64,000 nucleotides of DNA from an uncultured Kiritimatiellota bacterium (GTDB taxonomy: Bacteria > Verrucomicrobiota > Kiritimatiellia > RFP12 > UBA1067): positions 2,297-66,296 of the forward strand of contig CAKULV010000010.1 of the NCBI GenBank assembly GCA_934667425.1, in the 5' to 3' direction. The notes beneath the pieces were generated by a model, which worked only from the letters and a program-made list of their open reading frames with translations, had not been told where the DNA came from and searched no databases. Of the stretch, positions 45,614-55,003 are shown in pieces. The translations under genes were made by a program, and so were the position numbers. The first letter of the stretch is position 1. Every line of letters begins with the position of its first letter.

Positions 45614-46567
45614 TCAGCGCATCTCAAGGTACGACACCTTGTCCATGTCGCCGTAGTCAAGGTTCTCTCCGGCCATGCCCCAGATGAACATGTAGTTGGA
45701 AGTTCCCGCAGCGGCGTGTATCGACCATTCGGGGGATGTGATCGCCTGCTCGTTGTGCATCCACACGAGACGTTCCTCCTGCGGGCGTCCCATGAGGTGG
45801 CAGATCGCGTTCCCCTCGCCCACGTTGAAGTAGAGGTACACCTCCATGCGGCGATTGTGCGTATGGCACGGCATCGTGTTCCACACGCTTCCCGGCTTGA
45901 GTTCCGTAAGCCCCATCTGGAGCTGGTTCACGCCGCCGTCCGGCACGCGTCCAAGCACCGTCTGCACAAGCAGCTGGTTGATTACGCGGTCGTTGGAGTC
46001 CTCCATCTTCCCGGCGGCGAACGAGTTGGCGAGCGCATATTTCCCTGGATTCTTCGCGTATGCATCCTTGTCGGTGGTGACAAGCTGCGTAACGTACTCC
46101 TTGTGCGCCGGCGCCGAGTTGATGTAGAACTTCGCGGGCTTGGACGAGTCCGCCGAACGGAACTTGACTTCCTTCTTGCCGAGGCCGACATACAGCGCCT
46201 CCTTGAACTTCATGGCATATTCCCTGCCATCCACGGTGACTACGCCGTCTCCGCCGATGTTGATGACGCCAAGCTCGCGGCGATCGAGGAAGTGTTTCGC
46301 CTTCAGCTCAAGGAACGGCTCGAGGAAAAGCTCCTTAGACACGGGGAAGACGCCGCCATACACCATGCGGTCATACATGGAGTACGTCACGTTTATCTCG
46401 TCCTTCACGAAGACCTTCTCCATCAGGAACGAACTGCGGAGCTTCGCGGTATCGTATCCCTTCACGTCATCATAGTGCCGTGCGGTCTGCACCTTGTAGT
46501 TGACCGTTGTGGCTCCGGCAACCAGGGCCATGGCCGAAGAGATGGCTAAAACTGCAGTCCTTTTCAT
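45614..46567 (-). CDS. kduI: 5-dehydro-4-deoxy-D-glucuronate isomerase with N-terminal hydrophobic extension
   Basis: Near-colinear with E. coli KduI as I recall it ([68 protein letters not shown]). The ATG overlaps the upstream stop (ATGA) and follows GGAAGGAAG. Confidence 0.9.
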   Translation of the reverse strand: MKRTAVLAISSAMALVAGATTVNYKVQTARHYDDVKGYDTAKLRSSFLMEKVFVKDEINVTYSMYDRMVYGGVFPVSKELFLEPFLELKAKHFLDRRELGVINIGGDGVVTVDGREYAMKFKEALYVGLGKKEVKFRSADSSKPAKFYINSAPAHKEYVTQLVTTDKDAYAKNPGKYALANSFAAGKMEDSNDRVINQLLVQTVLGRVPDGGVNQLQMGLTELKPGSVWNTMPCHTHNRRMEVYLYFNVGEGNAICHLMGRPQEERLVWMHNEQAITSPEWSIHAAAGTSNYMFIWGMAGENLDYGDMDKVSYLEMR

Positions 46568-47943
46568 TGTCTCGCTTCCTTCCTTATCCTAATGACGTTA
46601 ATGGCCGTCAGCGCGATGGCGACAGCCGCCAGCGCGACGGCGCCGATCCACTTGCACGTAACGGTAAGATGGTAGATAGTCCAGCACAGCAGCGCACTCG
46701 CGAAGTCAAGCGCGGCGCCACCCTCGAACCCTGCGGGAACCGCAATCCCCGGATTGGTCTTCGCCGCCTCGGCGACGGCCTTCGAGAACGCGGGCGTGAG
46801 GTCCGTAACGAAGTAAAGCCCTACAATCAGCGCGACAAGGCCGATGATGAAGGTCTTGAGCACATTGCCCTTCGTTATCGGAAGTACGCACGGGAAGAGG
46901 TAGAACATACCCGCCAGCGACGCAAGCGGCAGGAACTTGTTGCCGGGAAGCACAACGGAGAGGAAGAGGATTACCGGTATGAGAAGGATCGATACCACAA
47001 GCGTAGTCGGATGGCCAATCACCAGGGCCGGACTCATCCCGATGGAAAGCCCCTTCGCGTTCCTGAACTTGCGGGCGACAAGGTCGCGGGTGGCTTCCGA
47101 AATCGGCTTCAGCCCCTCGATGAACAGTGCGGTAATGCGTGGTATGAGCTCCATTACGGCGCCCATCGTGACGCCAAGGGCGAGTATCTTCGGTATGCGA
47201 TCCACTATTTCCCTGAGCGACGAGCATTGGAGGCATCCTATCCCGCAACCGATGATCACACCGAGGAAGAGCGGCTCGCCAAGCAGGCCGAACTTGCGCT
47301 TAAGCCCTTCGGCATCCACATTCAGCCTGTCGAAGCCGGGAATGCGGTCGAGAAGCCAGCCAATCGCGACCGCGAAGGGCGTGAAGCTCTGGCAGAATGG
47401 CTGCGGAATGGATATGCCGTCCATATCCTTGTAGTACCTCTGGAAGCCCTTCGCCGTGAAGTCCGCAAGCATCAGCGTGATCACATACAGCATGATCGAC
47501 GCATAGAACGCCCAGCCAAGTGACCCCGTCACGAAGAACACCATGCCGCCGAGGAACGCGAAATGCCAGTAGTTCCACAGGTCGATGTTCACGGTGCGCG
47601 TCGCGCCCGCTACCAGCAGCGCAAGGTTTACGCCGAGGCACACGGGTATTATGAACGCCCCCACGGCCGTGGAGTAGGCCACGGCCGCCGCCGCAGGCCA
47701 CCCCAGGTCGAAGAACGCAAGCTTCAGGCCGTATATCTCGACCATGCCCTTCAGCGCAGGGCCGAGATTGCTCGTGAGCAGGGCGGTGACCACGCCAAGC
47801 CCCACAAAGCCCACGCCGACAAGAAGCCCCGACTTCAGGGCCTTCGTGAACCTGATGCCGATGCACACGCCGAGCACGGTGAAGATGACGGGCATCATCA
47901 CCGATGCGCCAAGGCCGATCACATACGCAAAGACGTCTCTCAT
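46564..47943 (-). CDS. PTS galactitol-family EIIC-like permease (no EIIA/EIIB nearby)
   Basis: Motifs [14 protein letters not shown].., [20 protein letters not shown] and [12 protein letters not shown] parallel E. coli GatC blocks as recalled. Confidence 0.75.
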   Translation of the reverse strand: MRDVFAYVIGLGASVMMPVIFTVLGVCIGIRFTKALKSGLLVGVGFVGLGVVTALLTSNLGPALKGMVEIYGLKLAFFDLGWPAAAAVAYSTAVGAFIIPVCLGVNLALLVAGATRTVNIDLWNYWHFAFLGGMVFFVTGSLGWAFYASIMLYVITLMLADFTAKGFQRYYKDMDGISIPQPFCQSFTPFAVAIGWLLDRIPGFDRLNVDAEGLKRKFGLLGEPLFLGVIIGCGIGCLQCSSLREIVDRIPKILALGVTMGAVMELIPRITALFIEGLKPISEATRDLVARKFRNAKGLSIGMSPALVIGHPTTLVVSILLIPVILFLSVVLPGNKFLPLASLAGMFYLFPCVLPITKGNVLKTFIIGLVALIVGLYFVTDLTPAFSKAVAEAAKTNPGIAVPAGFEGGAALDFASALLCWTIYHLTVTCKWIGAVALAAVAIALTAINVIRIRKEARQ

Positions 47944-47965
47944 GGCTATGCAGCGGCTTTTGCCG

Positions 47966-49444
47966 TTAAAGCTCTACAGGCTTGTACTTCGGGACGAGCG
48001 TCTTCATGCACGTCCAGCCGACGATGTACGCGACGGCGCAGTAGCCGAACACGATGCAGTAGCCGGCGGGCTTGCCGGTGTAGCCGAGGAACTCCATCGC
48101 GGGGCGCACATAGGATGCGCCCGAGGCCAGGAGATCCTTAGTCATCTCAACCTCCTTGCCGTCAACGAGCGTGGTGCCGGAGGCGTAGGTGAATAGCGCA
48201 CCCGCGCACTTGTTCACCATGAAGCTGCCGCACCCCGCCGCAAACTGGGCAATGCCGGTGAGCGTACCGATCGTGGATTTCGGGAACATGTCGCCGACGA
48301 CGGAATAGACGTTTGCGCTCCATGCCTGGTGTCCCGCGCAGGCAAGGCCGATCAGGATCGCCGGGAACCAGGCCGAAATCGCCCCGAGCGGCTGTGCGCC
48401 GAGCGCAAGAAGCGGGAAGCACGCGAAGACGAACATCGCGACCATGCGGCCCTCGTAGGGGTTCATGCCCTTCCTGTCAACCATGTACGTAGGCAGCTTG
48501 CAGAGGTAGATGGAGACGAAGGTCACTATCGCGTACAGCGTGAAGATGAGCGCCATGCCCATCCCGGACGAGCTCTTGTAGCCGAACTGGTCGGAGAGGT
48601 AGCCGGGCGTCCAGAACAGGAAGAACCACCACACGCCATCCGTAAGGAGCCTGCCGAGCACGAGCGCCCACGTCTGCCTCAGGGAGAATGCCTTCAGGTA
48701 GGAGATGGACTTCTCCGCCTTGGGCTTTGCGTCGGCGGCGGGGGCATTCGCCTCTTCTGCCGCATCCTGGTTGATGTAGGCCAGCTCCTCCGCATTGACG
48801 TGCGGACTCGACTCAGGCTTGCTGTAGTAGAAAATCCAGAACCCCATCCACACGAAACCAAGCGCACCGATTATGATGAACGCCATCTCCCAGCCGCAGA
48901 ACTTGGCGATGAGGGGAATGGTGAGCGGTGCGACGAGTGCGCCTACGGAAGAACCGGAATTGAAGATGGATGTGGAGAAAGCCCGATCCTTCTTCGGGAA
49001 GTATTCGGCCGTGACCTTGATCGCCGCAGGGAAGTTCCCGGCCTCGCCGAGGGCGAGTACCGCCCGGCATGCGAGGAAGAGCCACACGGAAACGGTGATG
49101 CCCATCATCGATACGAATCCCACCGCCTTCAGGGCCTCGGTCCCTACGCCGCAGACCGCGTGAAGGCAGGCGCCGAGCGACCAGATGAAGATCGCCCAGA
49201 GATACCCCTTCTTCGTGCCGAGCCTATCGATGAACTTCCCGGCGAAGAGGTTGCAGAGCGCATAGATGATGGAGAACACTGCGGTAATTGTTCCGTAGTC
49301 GTTATCCGACCAGTGGAATTCCGGGGCTATGAAGTCCTTCCACGTAAGGGACAGGACCTGCCGGTCCAGGTAGTTGACGGTTGTGGCGGCGAAGAGCATC
49401 GCGCAGATGACCCACCGAAACGACGAGGCTTTATTGTTGTTCAT
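47966..49444 (-). CDS. MFS transporter, hexuronate/anionic-sugar (ExuT/ACS)-like
   Basis: Start is trimmed to ATG 49444 (MNNNKASSFRWVICAMLFAATTVNYLDRQVLS, typical of the ACS family). About 12 TM segments. Confidence 0.8.
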   Translation of the reverse strand: MNNNKASSFRWVICAMLFAATTVNYLDRQVLSLTWKDFIAPEFHWSDNDYGTITAVFSIIYALCNLFAGKFIDRLGTKKGYLWAIFIWSLGACLHAVCGVGTEALKAVGFVSMMGITVSVWLFLACRAVLALGEAGNFPAAIKVTAEYFPKKDRAFSTSIFNSGSSVGALVAPLTIPLIAKFCGWEMAFIIIGALGFVWMGFWIFYYSKPESSPHVNAEELAYINQDAAEEANAPAADAKPKAEKSISYLKAFSLRQTWALVLGRLLTDGVWWFFLFWTPGYLSDQFGYKSSSGMGMALIFTLYAIVTFVSIYLCKLPTYMVDRKGMNPYEGRMVAMFVFACFPLLALGAQPLGAISAWFPAILIGLACAGHQAWSANVYSVVGDMFPKSTIGTLTGIAQFAAGCGSFMVNKCAGALFTYASGTTLVDGKEVEMTKDLLASGASYVRPAMEFLGYTGKPAGYCIVFGYCAVAYIVGWTCMKTLVPKYKPVEL

Positions 49445-49452
49445 GGTTCGGT

Positions 49453-49461
49453 ATTGTATCA
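49453..49461 (-). promoter_or_regulatory. extended -10 box TGATACAAT, 8 nt upstream of the MFS ATG (leaderless-type)
   Basis: The minus strand reads TGATACAAT-ACCGAACC-ATG. Confidence 0.45.
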
Positions 49462-49572
49462 TAAATAAGGATAAATGTATGAGTAAATGACTAATGCCAT
49501 TATTCTGTGCAACGGCGTGCGAACAGCCGGAAAGCACCCATTACGGCAATATCTCGTTGGGCAGCACCACGC

Positions 49573-52500
49573 TCACCGTTCCACGCTTGTGCGGACAAGG
49601 CGATACCACCGCGTCTCGCCAGCGGTCAGCGACATCGTCAGGTGGTCAGCCGTTTCGCGAGTTCCCGTCTTGAGGTTGATGGCCTCGGCCCGGAACGGCA
49701 GACGGACAAAATGCGTTCCCGGTACGAGGCAGTGAACGGACAGGAAGTCGCCGTTCATGTCGATCTCCAGTACGTTGGGATCAGCCGCGACAAACGCGCC
49801 CGATGCCTTGGCAAAGCCGTGAAAAGCCTCCGCCGTCAGGCCGCCGGGCGGGATGACGCACAGCCGCGCACCCGCCGCCTCCATCTTCGCCATCAGCTCC
49901 CGCTGCGCCGCCGACGGCTCGACAAAGCCCGCGAGGAACACGGCCTTATATCGCCGCGTCAGGCTCGGGTCGGCGTAGAAGTCGTCCGCCAGCCACGTAT
50001 CGTACGGCACGGCCGCCAGCGCGTTCCGCGGCCACTGCAGCGTCGCCAGCGTCACGGGGTCTTTCACCTTCGGCCCCTGCGGCGTGTTGTAGTTGGCCAT
50101 CGCAAGCTCGTCAACGACAAAGGCGACATCCGGACGCCACGGATCCGGCGTCAACTCGTCAAGGCCCTGCCGGACACTCCATACGCCCTTGAAGTCCTCG
50201 ACAATCTCCGGCGGACAGTACCATCCCCCGGCCATGTCGTAGAGCCACCAGCCCATGCGGCAGGCATTTATCATCCCGGCGTTCTTGCGAATCATCGTAC
50301 GCCACATCTCGATGTCCTCGGCGGCATTCAGGCCCTTCGTGAAGACAACGCTGTCCTCCCACTGGTCCAAAGCTGCCCAAGTGCGGAAATCGAATTCGAG
50401 CCACAGCATCTTGCCGTGACGGTGGAAGGATTCCGCTGGCGCATTGAGGCCCTGCGCCAACGCCGGGAAGCGCTTGTGGTAGTTGGCCTGCGGCACTATG
50501 ATGTCTACGGCATCCGAATGAACGAAGCTCGTGACGTCAAATGAGATGTTGAACGGGCTCATCTCCCACTTGCAGGCGACAATCGGCTTGCCGGCAAGGC
50601 GCTTGGCCTCGCGCGAGAAGTCCTCCAGCGCGCGGAAGCCGAGCTGCTTCGAGAAGTAGGCGAACGAGCCGGCGGGGTCGCGCTCCGTGATGCCTCGCTC
50701 CTTCAGGTAGCGGGCGTATTCCGCCTTCGCGCACGGCGAATGGTCGAGGATCGGCATTGCGAACTGTCCGTCATGGTAGCCGAAGTAATGCACTCCCACG
50801 ATCCGCTTCATGAGGCCAGTGCGCTTCAGTTCGGCAAAGAGTTCGGCGGTCACGCGCTTGATCGCCGAGCGCCACGCGGGCGATGCCGGAGAGACCCATG
50901 GCCAACGACGGTCTCCCGGATCCGGCTTCCCGCCATCATTGTATCTGTCTGGAATGACGCTGCCCGAATTGCCGTAGGCCACCGTTCCGTCTTCCTTTAT
51001 CCAGACCTCGTCAGGATGCTCATTTTCCGTAAATTCAGGATAGGCGCTCGTGCCTATGGCCAGAATGAAGAGCGACTTGTCCGCTACGCGCATCTCGTCC
51101 TTTATCGTCCGCACCGCCGCCTTGGCGTCAAAGCCATCCTTTGTCCACGGCCCGGAAAAGGACGGCAGATTCAGGTCGCCGAGCCGCAGGTTCACTACGC
51201 CAATGCGCACCCCAGCCTCCTGCAGGGGCTTGCCGGCATACGTCACGCGTCCATCGAAGTTCCACTCGCAGGACTTGTAGACGATGGGAGCGCGTACCTT
51301 GCCATCTACGACAAAGCGAGAGAAGCCGTCCCTCACTTCAATCTGTGCCGTATGATCGACATCCTTCTCGATGCCCTTGTCAAATGCCGCCTCATCCTGG
51401 AGGTCTCCACTCCGGTCTGGCGCATGCAGACGCTTGAAATGCTCGGCCCATTTGATCTGCGCAGCCTCATGATCATCTGCCGCAAGGTTCTTCCATACAG
51501 ATGTAGACTTCGCGCCCGCCACGACGATCGCCACCGTCACCGTATCGGACTCGGGGCGGTAATGCTTGTACTTCCTGTATGGCGTACGCGGTGCAGAATT
51601 GACGAGCATGCGCATCGTCTCTCCACCACTCTCGAACCCACCCCAAGGGCTGAGTGCATCCGCCGGAGATATCTTCCGCACGTCCGACCAGGCGCACACA
51701 TAGCCTTCGGCTGCATGCGGACGTTCCGTGTAGGCCTCAACATCGGCGAAGAGCCGGATGAGGCGCCCCGGCTCCGCCTTGAACGGCGGAGCCGAAACGA
51801 CAATCCGTCCGCTGTCGTTGGTCTTGCGGATCGTGACGACGCCGTTCGAGACCGTCACATCCCCTTCCGCCCCGTCCTCCCGCTCTACCTTGAAGCCGCC
51901 CGCAGGCGCCGCCCAGATGACTTTCGCCGGAGGGAACTCCCGCCGGTCGGGGTTTACGTTCTCCCAGCCTTCCGGATCCGGCGCCGCTTGCGCGGTCGTC
52001 AGCGTGACGGGGCCGAGCAGGCCCGCCGGCACGAGAGGATCGTCCGTCGTCGGATTGAAACCCGGCTGGTTGACGATCCAGGTCTTGCGCGCCGACTCGG
52101 GCTGCCCTAGGTCGTAGATGACGCGGTTGCGCCACGTGTTCGTCACCTCTATCCGCAAATGGTTCGTGCCCCGTTTCACAAATGGCGTCATGTCGCATGC
52201 ATATGGCGCACACCATAGCAACCCCACAAGGTGTCCGTTCACGAAAACCTTCGCCTGCGATGCCACGCGCCCGAGGTCGAGCCTCGTCACCGGCAGGCGT
52301 CCATCGGGCGCTTCCGCGACGTCAAACGTCGTCTCGTACGTGACAGTCCCCGAATATGCCTTCGCCTCACGGGTCAGTCCGGGCATCTCCGTCCATGAGA
52401 CGGGCGTATACAGTTTCACCTTCGTTGGAGCGCCCCATCCTGGCGCGAAGTGAAGCGTAAAGTCATTAAGCTGTCGAACCTTCTCCGTCTTTGCGAGCGT

Positions 52501-54996
52501 CTTAGGCGCTGTCGTTGTCGGACGGGAGTTGCCGCCGAACTCGACAAATGCCGACCGCGACGGCGGCAGCTCCAGCACGCCCCCGTTCGTCCAGACGCGC
52601 CGCGTGCAGGCGACGGGATCGTACACGACGGCAGCGCCCTCCGCCCGGAACGTCACCTTGCCGCGATAGCCGTTCGTGCCGGAGGCGACGAAATAGCGGT
52701 CGATGCCGCCCGCCTTGCGGTGGATCCACATGAAGTCCTCGCTGGGCTCGTCGCCGAGGGCCGGCTCTGTCGCCACATCCTTCTCTATCCCCGACAAGGC
52801 CGCAACAAGCTTCTCCTTGCCGCCATACACGACACGACCGCCGGCTGCCGCCAAAAGATTCAGGGCCCGCCTTGTCGCCGGAAGCATAAACCTTGTCTCC
52901 GGCACCCATAGGACTTTCCATGTTGTCCTTTCCGGAATAGTGAACACACCGTCCTTAACCGACAGGCGGTTCGTGAGCACATCGTGGTTCAGATAGTCCG
53001 CACGGAAGCCCTCCGGGAACGGGTACATTTCCGGAGGCTTGTGGTCAACGGCATCGCCGAGATACCATAGGACGTCCTGCGACGGCAGGCCCTCCTCGAG
53101 AAGCCTTTCGCAACGCGTGAGAAAGCCGGTGAACTCCGGCATGTCCTTCCACCATGTCTGCAGACGGCTGAATGGGGTGCCGTTGTACCCCTCCATGCAG
53201 TTTCCAGGCGGCGTCGCATCCGGCGACGGCTGATGCGTGTAGCAGTGGAAGACAAGATGCGTCACGCCACGTGCGAAATGGCGATTTGCGACATCCTGCA
53301 ACTTGGCGAAATCTTCGTCCCATCGGATGCCATTGCCCGTGAATGCCTCTGCCGACACACGCCGCTTGCCGTAAATGTGCGCGGACGAAGCGCACGGACG
53401 AATCGGCTTGTAGTCGTATGAGCCGCAACCGCCTTCGTCGATCGACGCATGAGGATACCAGAACTCGCACATCGGTGCGTCAGAATATTTCCAATACTCA
53501 AGGAGGTCGCCGTAGATTATGTCTCCGAACGCCGTCTCGTAGTAGCACGCCAGGCCCTTTCCGTGCGCAAGTTCCGCCATGCGCCCGTAGTAGTTCTTCG
53601 TCACGAGATCGCCGACCGTCCGCCGCCAGCGCGTCAGGAACGCCTCCGTCTCCGCCGGAGAGCCGACGATCCAGCCGAAGAGCGCGGGCAGGTTCGGCCG
53701 GAGCGTCTCGCCGTTGGCCGCGCGATAGTAGTCCTCCATCTTCGCCGTCCACGTCTGGCACCAGCATTCCCAGCTGTCGACCATCATGCCGTGCAGACGG
53801 CCCGCGAGCGCCCCGTCCGCCAGCTTGCCGACATATCCGGCGAAGTGCGCCTCGATGCCGGCGGGGTCGAGCTTGTCGCATTCCCAGCCAGTCGCCTCCT
53901 TCGGTGCGGGGGCGTTCACGTACTTCGCGTTCACATGGCCGAAACGCAGAACCATCCACCGTCCCGCAGGTGCAGTCCACTCCGCCTTGTCCGTGATGTC
54001 GACGATCCGTGCCGGATCGATCCAGGCAGAGCGAGGCTGCTTCGCCGGCTCCTCGAACATGAGCGAGCGGAGCGTGCGCCCAGCCTTGGCCTGCCAGTCG
54101 GTCAGCCGCGCCGCCGCGCTGAATGTCGGCTCAAACGACCTTTTAAACGGGAATTCGTGCTCGATGCGATACCGCCACGTGTCGCTCGTCGCCTCGTCAC
54201 AGGCAAACGAGATGTCTTGCACATAGTCGCGCCAGTTCGTTGTCGGTATCGGCGACGACAGTACGGCCTTCCATCCGTCAGGCGTTTTCGCCTCAAGGCT
54301 TACGCGCCGCCATGGCGTGTGGTATCCATAGGCCGAATTCCACTGGTGGAGACGCGGCAGGGACATCGTCCGGATCGTGACCGGCTGCGCGAACCTGTAG
54401 ACGATCTCGTCTCCAGCCCCCTTTTTCGAGACTGGCTTCAGATCCCCAGTCTCGTCGCCCTGCGGCGTAGGGAACGCCAGCACGCAGATATCGCGCCAGT
54501 CGGAGTCCCTGTCGGCATGCTTTTCCGGCACGGGCGGCAGTGCCGTCAGTTTTTCTCCCCCATTCATGTCACGACGCACGAAGACCAGATCACGCATCGC
54601 GCGTTCAGGAGGGATCCACGGCCCGCCGGACTGCGACCATCCGGGGCAGTTTTGCAAAACAAGCTTAAGCCCAAGCCGCTGGCATTCGTCACTGACGTGC
54701 CGCACCATCTCTTCCCATTTCGGACCTGTGCACGGCATCGGCTCGCCGCTACCGGGATGCATCCTGCCGTTTGGACGAAATATGTGGAAGAGATGCACAC
54801 CGGATATCCCCGCCGCCTTTATCGCCTCCAGGTCTTTCGTCAGGCCGTCCAGGCGAACGTTCCCGCCCATCAGCTCCAGCCACGTCTCCGGCCCCGTCGG
54901 CAAGGGGTCCACCGGCCGAACAGAGCCAAATCCTGCCAGCCACATCAGACAGAGGCCGACAGTCCACCACATGCGTTTCTTCATCATCCCTTCCAT
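49573..54996 (-). CDS. giant (about 1800 aa) secreted two-module glycoside hydrolase: GH106-like N-terminal enzyme fused to a second GH42-like TIM-barrel module
   Basis: Signal peptide MKKRMWWTVGLCLMWLAGFG; the likely start is ATG 54987, 8 nt after AAGGA. DLEAIKAAGISGVHLF..NCPGWSQSGGPW and the galactose-binding-like end KVFVNGHLVG..APYACDMTPFVKRGTNHLRIEVTNTWRNRVI (about residue 950) define a complete first enzyme. About 850 further residues follow, with VGVHYFGYHDGQF and WWLYDMAGGWY blocks. Confidence 0.7.
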   Translation of the reverse strand: MEGMMKKRMWWTVGLCLMWLAGFGSVRPVDPLPTGPETWLELMGGNVRLDGLTKDLEAIKAAGISGVHLFHIFRPNGRMHPGSGEPMPCTGPKWEEMVRHVSDECQRLGLKLVLQNCPGWSQSGGPWIPPERAMRDLVFVRRDMNGGEKLTALPPVPEKHADRDSDWRDICVLAFPTPQGDETGDLKPVSKKGAGDEIVYRFAQPVTIRTMSLPRLHQWNSAYGYHTPWRRVSLEAKTPDGWKAVLSSPIPTTNWRDYVQDISFACDEATSDTWRYRIEHEFPFKRSFEPTFSAAARLTDWQAKAGRTLRSLMFEEPAKQPRSAWIDPARIVDITDKAEWTAPAGRWMVLRFGHVNAKYVNAPAPKEATGWECDKLDPAGIEAHFAGYVGKLADGALAGRLHGMMVDSWECWCQTWTAKMEDYYRAANGETLRPNLPALFGWIVGSPAETEAFLTRWRRTVGDLVTKNYYGRMAELAHGKGLACYYETAFGDIIYGDLLEYWKYSDAPMCEFWYPHASIDEGGCGSYDYKPIRPCASSAHIYGKRRVSAEAFTGNGIRWDEDFAKLQDVANRHFARGVTHLVFHCYTHQPSPDATPPGNCMEGYNGTPFSRLQTWWKDMPEFTGFLTRCERLLEEGLPSQDVLWYLGDAVDHKPPEMYPFPEGFRADYLNHDVLTNRLSVKDGVFTIPERTTWKVLWVPETRFMLPATRRALNLLAAAGGRVVYGGKEKLVAALSGIEKDVATEPALGDEPSEDFMWIHRKAGGIDRYFVASGTNGYRGKVTFRAEGAAVVYDPVACTRRVWTNGGVLELPPSRSAFVEFGGNSRPTTTAPKTLAKTEKVRQLNDFTLHFAPGWGAPTKVKLYTPVSWTEMPGLTREAKAYSGTVTYETTFDVAEAPDGRLPVTRLDLGRVASQAKVFVNGHLVGLLWCAPYACDMTPFVKRGTNHLRIEVTNTWRNRVIYDLGQPESARKTWIVNQPGFNPTTDDPLVPAGLLGPVTLTTAQAAPDPEGWENVNPDRREFPPAKVIWAAPAGGFKVEREDGAEGDVTVSNGVVTIRKTNDSGRIVVSAPPFKAEPGRLIRLFADVEAYTERPHAAEGYVCAWSDVRKISPADALSPWGGFESGGETMRMLVNSAPRTPYRKYKHYRPESDTVTVAIVVAGAKSTSVWKNLAADDHEAAQIKWAEHFKRLHAPDRSGDLQDEAAFDKGIEKDVDHTAQIEVRDGFSRFVVDGKVRAPIVYKSCEWNFDGRVTYAGKPLQEAGVRIGVVNLRLGDLNLPSFSGPWTKDGFDAKAAVRTIKDEMRVADKSLFILAIGTSAYPEFTENEHPDEVWIKEDGTVAYGNSGSVIPDRYNDGGKPDPGDRRWPWVSPASPAWRSAIKRVTAELFAELKRTGLMKRIVGVHYFGYHDGQFAMPILDHSPCAKAEYARYLKERGITERDPAGSFAYFSKQLGFRALEDFSREAKRLAGKPIVACKWEMSPFNISFDVTSFVHSDAVDIIVPQANYHKRFPALAQGLNAPAESFHRHGKMLWLEFDFRTWAALDQWEDSVVFTKGLNAAEDIEMWRTMIRKNAGMINACRMGWWLYDMAGGWYCPPEIVEDFKGVWSVRQGLDELTPDPWRPDVAFVVDELAMANYNTPQGPKVKDPVTLATLQWPRNALAAVPYDTWLADDFYADPSLTRRYKAVFLAGFVEPSAAQRELMAKMEAAGARLCVIPPGGLTAEAFHGFAKASGAFVAADPNVLEIDMNGDFLSVHCLVPGTHFVRLPFRAEAINLKTGTRETADHLTMSLTAGETRWYRLVRTSVER

Positions 54997-55003
54997 CCTT
55001 GAC

